A stretch of 64,000 nt of DNA from a virus: the IMG/VR virus record IMGVR_UViG_3300010158_000028, positions 64,001-128,000 of that record; one strand, written 5' to 3'. The notes under the pieces were generated by a model. That model ran no database searches and had not been told where the DNA came from. It was given only the letters and a program-made list of their open reading frames with translations. The first letter of the stretch is position 1; each line of letters opens with the position of its first letter. Made by a program: the position numbers and the translations under genes. Below are positions 26,508 through 34,594 of the stretch, one piece after another.

Positions 26508-27199
26508 ATTTTTAATTCTATATTATAAAACTTATAATTAAATTTTTCATCGTCATACATCTTTACTCTGCCAACGAAGTGTGTCAAGGTATAATTAACA
26601 TGTTTGCCTATTCTAAAATCATCAGAGATATCATAAAGAACCGCTTCTTCTTTATTATCACCTAATCTAAGTCCACGACCAATTGATTGTAGATTACGAA
26701 TTTTTGATTTAGATGGTGATGCAAATATTACATTATGTAAATTACGTATATTAATACCAGTTGAGAATGTACCGTATGAAGCAACAATAATGGCATCTGT
26801 TTCACGTTCAGTTATATCTCTAATAGATTCTCTAACTTCGGTATCAGTACCACCATATACAAAAAATACTTTACGTTTACCTGCTTCTTCTTTTATAATA
26901 TTATGTAGAACTTTACCATGTTTATCTACAAATTGAAATAGTATTAATGAATTACCTTTCAACGACAAGGCAAGATTCTTTATAAATGCATTTCTTGCTG
27001 TGTTCAATACTATATATTCAATCTCTTCTTTGTAGTCCCACTTCTTAGATAACTTACAAACTTCTTCTGGATATTTAAGTATTAAACATTTAATCTTAAA
27101 TTTAGATAACTGTTTGTTATCCATTAATTCTTTTGTTGTTGTTGCTTTATATACTGGTCCAAATAAACCTTCTAATACTAATCTATGAACATTACTCAT
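26504..27199 (-). CDS. uvsW: UvsW helicase, C-terminal fragment (second RecA domain)
   Basis: HRLVLEGLFGPV, VASYGTFSTGINI, LQSIGRGLR. Confidence 0.92.
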   Translation of the reverse strand: MSNVHRLVLEGLFGPVYKATTTKELMDNKQLSKFKIKCLILKYPEEVCKLSKKWDYKEEIEYIVLNTARNAFIKNLALSLKGNSLILFQFVDKHGKVLHNIIKEEAGKRKVFFVYGGTDTEVRESIRDITERETDAIIVASYGTFSTGINIRNLHNVIFASPSKSKIRNLQSIGRGLRLGDNKEEAVLYDISDDFRIGKHVNYTLTHFVGRVKMYDDEKFNYKFYNIELKI

Positions 27200-27854
27200 T
27201 TTTTTCCATAATATTTTTTAACATTTGTTGTCGTCTTTTTTCTATCAATAATAAAGATTTTTCTTTACCTAAAAGTTCTTCGTATGTTTTGCCTCTTGAC
27301 CAATCACCAATTTTTTTCTTAGATTCTTCTGTGTGTGGATATCTGCCACTATATGTTAATTGTTCAAAGGATATTTTTCCATCAATAAAAGAATACAACC
27401 TTCTTTTTGTTGTTTGTAATTTTTCCCAAGCTTCTTTTCTACTTTTATACTTTATTCCATTTATTTCTATTTCTTTAGCATTTGGATTATTTTCTGACAT
27501 TCTTTTCATTTCTTTATCAGAAAGAGTTTTACCTTTATGATGTAAACTTGCTGATAAAGAGTGTGCTTTTCTAGCTATTTCATAACCAATTGAAGTGTAG
27601 TACCTATTAGTAGAATCATGGTATCTCATCATGCCAAAAGCATGACCCATTTTAATTTTATCTTTTCCTTTTGAAAATTTCCATAATAACCAATGACACA
27701 CAAAGTGTTCTCTTGCTGTCAATTTTACTTTATTTTTTTTACCATTGTCACCACCTAAAGATTTAGGTATTATATGGTGCTCCTCAAAATACTCGGTCAA
27801 TGTCCGAGTATTAGCTTTTTCTATTATAGAGTAATATATTTTTTGATAGTCCAT
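27192..27854 (-). mobile_element. MobE-like HNH homing endonuclease gene inserted within uvsW
   Basis: MDYQKIY, EEHHIIPKSLGG, LTAREHFVCHWLL, NUMOD-like HTEESKKKI. Confidence 0.9.
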
Positions 27855-27859
27855 ATTTC

Positions 27860-27867
27860 TATTTATG
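27860..27867 (-). promoter_or_regulatory. Late-promoter variant CATAAATA, 5 nt before the HNH start
   Basis: Same 5-nt spacing to ATG as the TATAAATA box before gp3. Confidence 0.55.
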
Positions 27868-27889
27868 CGTTTTAGTTCCTTCTAATAGG

Positions 27890-28660
27890 TTAATTAGATA
27901 ATGTTCCGGTGCAACCTATTCTATATTTTGCATTAACCAATTGTGTCATGATTGTGGCGAGTGATTTGGCTTTAAATTGGTGTGCCTCATCACCTATAAC
28001 AAAATCAAATTGATTGAAGTATTCAGGTGGATTTTTGTAGATAGATTGCCATGTTGTGATGGTCAAAAACTTATCTGTGACCTTATCTTTACCTGCATAC
28101 TGTTTATGACAAAACTCTTCTGAGTTATATCCATAAGATTGAAAGTCGGTATACATCTGTTCAACGAGTGAAGTTGTTGGTACAACCAATAAACCTTTTC
28201 TTTGTGTTTGCTGAATATATCTCAACATCAAATAAATGATTAAAGATTTACCTGATGCAGTAGGTGAAAGAAGTAGAATTCTTTTATTACGGATTGCATG
28301 AACAAAAGAGTTAACTTGATAGTCACGAGGTTCAAATGGCAAACCAAGTGTCTGTATAAAGTCATTGGCTTCTTTTAGGGAGTAATTGTCTGTGACTGTT
28401 ATCTCAGAATCAATCTCAATTTTGTAATCTCTTTCTTTACAAAACTTTTCAATATAAGGTACCAAGCCATGGTATATTTCCATGGTTCTTAAATTTAGGA
28501 GCCTCACCTTCCCATCCCAAACTCTCGCTTTAAATTTGGGTGTGTATTGATAACCTGGAACATAAAATTCAAAATATTGAGAAAGTTCTTGTGCTACATT
28601 TCTTTCTGATACTACTCTGATAAAGGCTTCGTTGACCTTTTCTAATCTTAAATCATACAC
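27890..28660 (-). CDS. uvsW: UvsW helicase, N-terminal fragment (first RecA domain)
   Basis: PRDYQ, SPTASGKS, GDEAH; ends RIGCTGTLSN* just after motif III. Confidence 0.92.
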   Translation of the reverse strand: MYDLRLEKVNEAFIRVVSERNVAQELSQYFEFYVPGYQYTPKFKARVWDGKVRLLNLRTMEIYHGLVPYIEKFCKERDYKIEIDSEITVTDNYSLKEANDFIQTLGLPFEPRDYQVNSFVHAIRNKRILLLSPTASGKSLIIYLMLRYIQQTQRKGLLVVPTTSLVEQMYTDFQSYGYNSEEFCHKQYAGKDKVTDKFLTITTWQSIYKNPPEYFNQFDFVIGDEAHQFKAKSLATIMTQLVNAKYRIGCTGTLSN

Positions 28661-29087
28661 CCTGTATAAACCTTTCCCATGTTATAAAGTCCCTCAGTTG
28701 AAATGTCCTACTATTTAGTTCTTTCATAATACTCTGACACACTTCAACAATTTCATCATGCATAACTTTAATTGCAACATACTTGTTTAGGTCATCATCA
28801 CTTTCAAGATATGATGCCACTTCAGATTTAAGAACAAAAGGAAATGGTTCCCAACCATACTTCTTAAGTTGGTCATCATCTAGTTTACCAGTATAGTATT
28901 CCCACTTTACTCTACGCATTTTGTTATACTTAAACTCTGCTTCTTTAGACAACAACCTATGTCTTGAAAGCATATTCAAGTATTTGCTATGTAATTGTGG
29001 TATATTAATTAATTCTCTGCCAGGTTCTGTTCTATCAATCACAGAATCTTTGCGCCACATTTCTAATAATTCATCAAGTTTATTCAT
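28653..29087 (-). CDS. uvsY: Recombination mediator UvsY
   Basis: W.KDSVID, IPQLHSKYL, KWEYYTGK. Confidence 0.92.
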   Translation of the reverse strand: MNKLDELLEMWRKDSVIDRTEPGRELINIPQLHSKYLNMLSRHRLLSKEAEFKYNKMRRVKWEYYTGKLDDDQLKKYGWEPFPFVLKSEVASYLESDDDLNKYVAIKVMHDEIVEVCQSIMKELNSRTFQLRDFITWERFIQGV

Positions 29088-29106
29088 AAAAAATCTCCTT
29101 AAAAGG

Positions 29107-29135
29107 AGTATACACTAGTTAAAACAGTTTGTCAA
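29107..29135 (-). promoter_or_regulatory. Sigma70-type promoter for uvsY-uvsW
   Basis: TTGACA-17 nt-TATACT. Confidence 0.75.
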
Positions 29136-29652
29136 CATTATAATAGGAAAATCTGAAGGTACAATCGGCAGTAATAGGATTCTCGGGACTATCTGTAGAA
29201 GTTACAAAGAAGGTAGATAAAGAAGTTGGAAAACAATCATAGAATTTAAATCTAAAATATGGTATATTTGCAGATGAATATAATGTTAATACTGCATCTG
29301 AGTATTGTGGTGTTGCCGTATTGGAAATATTAGGACTTAAATTTCTGAGATTAACATACTCTGCAAAATCTGTAGGAAATGTCATACCTCTAATCCAGTC
29401 ATGTATTTCTAACCATGTTTTTAATTCTTCATCAATATAGAATGTAACATTTAACATATCATATATTGCTTTTTCACCTGGTGAATATAAATCAACAAAT
29501 GGATTTTGTCTAGGTACTTCAGACATTGATATACCAGGTAAACTTACGCCTTGGCAAAAGTATTCCATATTAGGAACACGTCCAAAAGACATAGTAAACT
29601 TATTTGGATGTAATAAATTTGTATTTGATGGTGATCTAGTGAGTGCTGTCAT
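29119..29652 (-). CDS. gp3: Tail completion / tube terminator protein
   Basis: NLLHPNKF, YFCQGVSLPG, DEELKTWLEIHDW, FPTSLS; position after gp23. Confidence 0.88.
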   Translation of the reverse strand: MTALTRSPSNTNLLHPNKFTMSFGRVPNMEYFCQGVSLPGISMSEVPRQNPFVDLYSPGEKAIYDMLNVTFYIDEELKTWLEIHDWIRGMTFPTDFAEYVNLRNLSPNISNTATPQYSDAVLTLYSSANIPYFRFKFYDCFPTSLSTFFVTSTDSPENPITADCTFRFSYYNVDKLF

Positions 29653-29657
29653 ATGTG

Positions 29658-29665
29658 TATTTATA
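29658..29665 (-). promoter_or_regulatory. Late promoter TATAAATA (leaderless gp3 transcript likely)
   Basis: TATAAATA-cacat-ATG with no SD. Confidence 0.75.
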
Positions 29666-29667
29666 AA

Positions 29668-29702
29668 GAAAAAAAAGAGGACTTCTTTTGAAAGTCCTCT
29701 TT
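29668..29702 (-). terminator. Intrinsic terminator after gp23
   Basis: AGAGGACTT/AAGTCCTCT stem plus poly-T. Confidence 0.9.
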
Positions 29703-29748
29703 GGAGATGGTACCCGTATTATTTTTGTTATTATTGGGTACCGTTTTA

Positions 29749-31083
29749 TTACATAATGTTTACGACTTTGAAACCACGATAGTAAACATTGCTTGTTACA
29801 TTGATAGCGCCGAGGTCTTGTGTTGTACCATTTGCGAATGGGTTTGCAACAATACCGTAACGAGTCTTGAAACCAATCTTTGGTTGGAAAGTATTGGTGT
29901 CAACAGCACGAACCATTTGGAGAGGAACGTATGGGCAGTAGAACAAACCTGCGTCATAAGCGTTACTACCTTTATAACCAACAACAGCAAACTCTGCAGT
30001 TGAAGAAGCGATAAAGTATGGATCAATGTAAACTTTCAAACGACCAAACATTGTACCAGCAAATGTGTTACCAGTGTCATCAACTGTTAGGTTAACTTGA
30101 CCTTGTAAAGCAGAATTGTAATCTAACAATCCAGCCATTGCAAATGCAGAAGCAACGTCTGAAGAACAAATTACAACATTACCTTTACCACGACGGGTTT
30201 GTTTAGCAATTGTATTTGCTTCACGTTCGATTTGGAATGCCAAACCTTTGATCTTTTCAACCATCCAACGACCATTAGAATCTGTGTCAAGGTCAAATGT
30301 ACCAGCACTTGTTGTACCAAGTTGAGCACCAACTTTAGCAGAGTAGTAAATTGTGCGGAGAACTTCACGATTGATCTCAGCAAGAATTTCTGCAGAAAGA
30401 ATGTTTGCTAATTCTGTTTCAGCGTCAAGACCGTGAACTGCTTTCAAGTCTTGTGCTAATTCCATTGAGTATTCAGCTTTCAATGCACGTGTCTTAGCAG
30501 ATACAGTTACTTTCTCGATTGTGAAACCCATTTCAGCAGGTGTCAAATCTTCAGCAACAGCAGTAGCCATTGCATAACCTGGAGTAGCGTTAGCAGTAAA
30601 CGTGTTACTGTTGTAAGCTGCATTGTATGTAACATTCAATGCTTGTTGTGCGCCTGTTGAAGCACCACCAAACATGGTATTGGCTTCATTGTAGAATGCT
30701 TCGATGCCTGAAGAAGCAACATTGCGGTTTGTACCGTATGTTGAACGCATTGCGAAGATCAAGCCAGTAGGACCAGTCATTGGTTGAACGCCACAGATAT
30801 CGTAAGCGATCAAGTTAGGCAATGAACGGCGTACCAAACTGATAAGGATTGGATCAAAACCAGCAACAGGACCTGCAGGTGATGCACCGCCACCAAAACC
30901 ACCTGTACCAGAAGCATTGGTGATTGTTTCATTCATGATGCCAGCTTCTTTGAGCATGGCTTGTTGTTGATTCTCAAGAACTAACGCTGTAACTGCTCTG
31001 CGATATGAATCCTTGATTGGGGCTAATTCTTGATGCTCAAGAACTGGTGCCCATTTTTTTTGTAGGTCTTCCGATAGATACAT
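29749..31083 (-). CDS. gp23: Major capsid protein
   Basis: KKWAPVL, GVQPMTGPTGLIFAMR, RALKAEYSMELAQDLKAVHGLDAE, FQPKIGFKTRYG. Confidence 0.99.
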   Translation of the reverse strand: MYLSEDLQKKWAPVLEHQELAPIKDSYRRAVTALVLENQQQAMLKEAGIMNETITNASGTGGFGGGASPAGPVAGFDPILISLVRRSLPNLIAYDICGVQPMTGPTGLIFAMRSTYGTNRNVASSGIEAFYNEANTMFGGASTGAQQALNVTYNAAYNSNTFTANATPGYAMATAVAEDLTPAEMGFTIEKVTVSAKTRALKAEYSMELAQDLKAVHGLDAETELANILSAEILAEINREVLRTIYYSAKVGAQLGTTSAGTFDLDTDSNGRWMVEKIKGLAFQIEREANTIAKQTRRGKGNVVICSSDVASAFAMAGLLDYNSALQGQVNLTVDDTGNTFAGTMFGRLKVYIDPYFIASSTAEFAVVGYKGSNAYDAGLFYCPYVPLQMVRAVDTNTFQPKIGFKTRYGIVANPFANGTTQDLGAINVTSNVYYRGFKVVNIM

Positions 31084-31107
31084 TTAAATCTCCTTTGTTG
31101 TTATAAA

Positions 31108-32088
31108 TTATTTCTTACTTTTTGAAATTGCTTGCATGACGGAATTAACATAAGGATCTAATGATGCCTGGTGTTTTTCTGAACCGTCCTCTACTTGTTC
31201 ATGTAGTTGGTCAGCATCAGCTTTTTTAACATTGCCTGATGGGAAGTAGTTTTCACGGATAGTTTCAAGTTTGTTTTTGTATTCGTCCTCTGTGGAGAAT
31301 TCAACACCCTCTGCGAGTGATTTGATTTTTTCAACTTGAGTAGCGATCAACCCTTCGGTAACTGCATGGGTAATTTCTTGTTTACGTGATTCAACCAATG
31401 ACTTCTTGATTTCAATACCACGTTCGATTTCTTCGTTAAGTTGGCCTTCAAGTTCTTCAACTTTAGATGCTAACTCTTCTACCAAATCAACTTTGTCTGT
31501 AGGAACATCAATGTAATGTTCTACGAATAGATTTTTAAGACCAGCAATAAAATCTTCTGTTAATTCAGCACGTAGACCTTTTTCGATTGCGATTTCATTG
31601 TCGGCAATCCATTGTTCTACAACATATGACAGGTAATCATTTACTTTTTCTGTCAAATCTTCTTTAACTGATTCTACTGCTTCTTCTAACATAGAAGCAT
31701 AACGTGCTTCTGTTTCTTCTTCTAATTGTGAAATACGGTCTTGAACTCGTGCTTCAAAAATGGTTGAAACTTTTGATCTGAATTCTTCTGAAATTGCTGA
31801 GTCAGCAAACATTGCATCAATATCACTTGATACATCTAACAATTCGATTTCTACTTCCGTTTCTTCCATTTTAGAGGAAGCATCTGATGGTTTTGTTGTT
31901 GGTGCAGTTGCAGACTTTGATGATGGTGTAATCTTGTGTGAATCATCATCTGGTTTTGCATTTTGTGGTGTTGGACCACCTGCATCATGGATTTCTACGC
32001 CTTGTGGTTTTTCCATAGGTGCAGCGTTCTTTCCTTTGGTGCCAGAAAGAATTTCGGCTGCTGCCTCAAAAAGTTTGTTTGTTGCCAT
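31108..32088 (-). CDS. gp22: Prohead core scaffolding protein
   Basis: Acidic coiled coil; IFEA, YLSYVVEQW..DNE.AIE.G; synteny. Confidence 0.93.
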   Translation of the reverse strand: MATNKLFEAAAEILSGTKGKNAAPMEKPQGVEIHDAGGPTPQNAKPDDDSHKITPSSKSATAPTTKPSDASSKMEETEVEIELLDVSSDIDAMFADSAISEEFRSKVSTIFEARVQDRISQLEEETEARYASMLEEAVESVKEDLTEKVNDYLSYVVEQWIADNEIAIEKGLRAELTEDFIAGLKNLFVEHYIDVPTDKVDLVEELASKVEELEGQLNEEIERGIEIKKSLVESRKQEITHAVTEGLIATQVEKIKSLAEGVEFSTEDEYKNKLETIRENYFPSGNVKKADADQLHEQVEDGSEKHQASLDPYVNSVMQAISKSKK

Positions 32089-32110
32089 TGAAAATCTCCT
32101 TTTGTTTATT

Positions 32111-32118
32111 TATTTATA
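32111..32118 (-). promoter_or_regulatory. Late promoter TATAAATA
   Basis: Exact consensus upstream of gp22. Confidence 0.8.
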
Positions 32119-32122
32119 ATAA

Positions 32123-32773
32123 TTAAAGTTTTGATAAAAAGTTTTCGAAGAGTCTCAATGAAACTTCTTCTATTTGCTTACTTGAGGCTTTTCTAATTTG
32201 CTTTCTTGAGTTATCAATGTCGATCTCTACGAAACGACCCTCAACAAATAGCCATTCTTTGCCTTCCATAATACCATTTACAAATGCACCAGGTGCTGAT
32301 GGATCTGCAACAATATCTGCTGCTGTAGCAAGACGAAAATCATCCTGCACAACATTGACACCCTCATTATTAGCAACTAATGAACCCATACCTCTTGATG
32401 ATACACCTAGACTAACACCAGAATCAATAAAGTTTTTAACAATATTACCATAAGGTGTTTCTAAGATCATTGCTTTACCAACAAAAGTATTGCCTTCTTT
32501 AGTCAAACTAACAATTTTGTGTGATACTCTTTCTAAATTAATACTTGGAGTATCTGGATGTCCTAACTCTCCTAAAGCACGATTGGTATTGATAAACTCT
32601 TCAGTATATCTCTGCACTTCACGCTCTAGAATAGGCATCTTATAAATTCTTCTATTCTTATTTGGTTCTTCAGCAACTAAAAATCGTCCTTCAATAAACA
32701 ATGATTTTTTACCTGCTTCGTTTGATTCAGTAATATAATTTACTGATTCAATATTTTCTCTAATTAGTTTCAT
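32123..32773 (-). CDS. gp21: Prohead protease
   Basis: ALGELGHP, GVSSRGMGS, DIVADPSAPGA. Confidence 0.97.
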   Translation of the reverse strand: MKLIRENIESVNYITESNEAGKKSLFIEGRFLVAEEPNKNRRIYKMPILEREVQRYTEEFINTNRALGELGHPDTPSINLERVSHKIVSLTKEGNTFVGKAMILETPYGNIVKNFIDSGVSLGVSSRGMGSLVANNEGVNVVQDDFRLATAADIVADPSAPGAFVNGIMEGKEWLFVEGRFVEIDIDNSRKQIRKASSKQIEEVSLRLFENFLSKL

Positions 32774-32787
32774 AGTAGTTATTCCGA

Positions 32788-33150
32788 TTAAGCAAATGCT
32801 TGGCTATAAACATCGTTAGCATAATTAGCATGTTTAGATACTTCCATAATGATTGATCCACCTGTTGCAATAGTGCATACAATGTTTGCCGTTGATGTGT
32901 TGGATAACGCATATCCAAATTCATCAAATTTCATATCACCAGTTTGATATAATGATAACACTGTTGGTCCGCCTGTTCTTGAAATGGTAATAGAACCATT
33001 AGTAGACCAAGTAATTCTACGAAGAGAAGCTGATGTTATTGTTTCTTGAACAGAAGCTGAAAGATCGGTTAACAAAATGGTATAAGTTGCTGGACCTTCA
33101 GCACGAACAATACTAGTACCTTTTCTTGAATTTGTTATTTCATATGCCAT
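32788..33150 (-). CDS. Hypothetical virion protein
   Basis: 120-aa ORF in the head module. Confidence 0.7.
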   Translation of the reverse strand: MAYEITNSRKGTSIVRAEGPATYTILLTDLSASVQETITSASLRRITWSTNGSITISRTGGPTVLSLYQTGDMKFDEFGYALSNTSTANIVCTIATGGSIIMEVSKHANYANDVYSQAFA

Positions 33151-33576
33151 TTACTTTATCCCCATTGAGTTGCGGCGGCGAATTGATTGTTTTCTTTTCA
33201 ACAAAACTCTATTAATCTTCGCACGACCTTTTGTTTTCCAATATCTTTTTAACATTCTAGCTTTATGAATTCTTGTTGATGCAGGAATTCGTTTAACTGT
33301 ATTACCTGAAAGTCTATAACCTTTAATACCAGATTTACGAACATTTCGTTGAACAATTATTCTATTCTTTTTGTTCCTACGAATCCTTCGTCTAATCTTT
33401 GTAATTCTACCCATCTTGATAATGTTTGCTTCATCTAATTCAACTTCTTCAAATGAACCTTCAGCAACATATCTCTTTGCTTCTTCTAATCTCTTTTCAG
33501 TAATTTCATTTAGTTTGGCAAATATTAGTTCTTTTGCTTCACTGAGTCTATTACTTAAAATTAAATCTATAATCAT
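33151..33576 (-). CDS. Basic prohead core protein (gp68-like position)
   Basis: Acidic N-terminus and very Arg/Lys-rich C-terminus; synteny. Confidence 0.6.
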   Translation of the reverse strand: MIIDLILSNRLSEAKELIFAKLNEITEKRLEEAKRYVAEGSFEEVELDEANIIKMGRITKIRRRIRRNKKNRIIVQRNVRKSGIKGYRLSGNTVKRIPASTRIHKARMLKRYWKTKGRAKINRVLLKRKQSIRRRNSMGIK

Positions 33577-34403
33577 TTGGCACGTTTAAAAGCAAAGTCT
33601 GCTGCTTTTTGAAAGTTACCAGGACTCTTATGTACCATATCTGCAAACTTCTTTTTATTTTGATCATTTAATGCATTATGAACTTGTGTTAATGCTGATG
33701 CTGTAAAATGATCTACTTTACGTGTATGACCAGAAGCAAATTTAACCGATTTAGCGGATTTATCAGATACAATTTTATGTAGTGTATCCATAACTGCTTC
33801 TTCCAATTCTACTTCTTCAGCTTGAATAGAAGCACCTTCAATATGTTTTTCATTTGAATACGCTACACTAAAATACTTTTTCAATCTTTCATTATAGTAT
33901 AGTGCAATCTTTGTTTCATCTGGATACAAACGAATTGCTTTTCTTTTCAGTAACAATGTAACGGGTGGATCACCTTTCATTACATTATCTGCTTCTACAA
34001 TTTCAATTTCTTCTTTAATCTTATCTGGATCATCACCAATTTCTGGTGCATCTTGCCCAACTTTAATACGATGTGCTTTATATTTGTGACCAGCAGAATC
34101 AATCTTATAATCTGATGTTGCAAGAACACCTTCATCTAAATCTTCTCTTACTGCTCTACGTGCTTGAGAGAAGATTTGTTTATTATTAGTAATAACATCT
34201 ACCATTCTATTAAAGATATTTTGAATGATTGCTCTATCGGCAGGAGAGAAATTTGGTTTCTCTTCTTCCATTTTACCAAGAATTTTATGTAGTCTTTGTA
34301 TCTGTGCTTTGTTACCTAAACCAGCACGAACTAAAACGTCAAACTTTGAATAGTCTGATTTTTCTTCTTCTACGATTGATTTAAATTCTTGTAATGATTT
34401 CAT
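33573..34403 (-). CDS. Putative internal head protein
   Basis: N-terminus MKSLQEFKSIVEE resembles a capsid-targeting sequence; several (I/L)xE sites. Confidence 0.55.
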   Translation of the reverse strand: MKSLQEFKSIVEEEKSDYSKFDVLVRAGLGNKAQIQRLHKILGKMEEEKPNFSPADRAIIQNIFNRMVDVITNNKQIFSQARRAVREDLDEGVLATSDYKIDSAGHKYKAHRIKVGQDAPEIGDDPDKIKEEIEIVEADNVMKGDPPVTLLLKRKAIRLYPDETKIALYYNERLKKYFSVAYSNEKHIEGASIQAEEVELEEAVMDTLHKIVSDKSAKSVKFASGHTRKVDHFTASALTQVHNALNDQNKKKFADMVHKSPGNFQKAADFAFKRAK

Positions 34404-34404
34404 T

Positions 34405-34584
34405 TTACTCGGTTTCTGCGGTTTCTACTTCGGGTTGATTACCAAACAATGAACTTGCAATTTCTTGTTTACGTCCTTCTAAATTCTCAAAAGCACGAGC
34501 GGCCAATAACTCTTCAAGTGCATCTTTAGCACCTACGTTATCTCCTTGACCTACTAAATCTATAAAATTTCTAATCTGTTCCAT
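34405..34584 (-). CDS. 59-aa prohead core protein (gp67-like)
   Basis: Hand-translated MEQIRNFIDLV...RKQEIASSLF; AGGAG SD; follows the portal gene. Confidence 0.75.
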   Translation of the reverse strand: MEQIRNFIDLVGQGDNVGAKDALEELLAARAFENLEGRKQEIASSLFGNQPEVETAETE

Positions 34585-34594
34585 AATATTCTCC

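Noticed and set aside
27197-27892. Group I intron in uvsW: the exon ends in U, the insert starts UAA and ends in G, and joining would give TL-SNSNV-HRL with canonical spacing
   Set aside because: The P1-like hairpin has U-A rather than U-G at the putative splice site, only 35 nt are non-coding, and no P7/core elements were recognised. RT-PCR would settle it.
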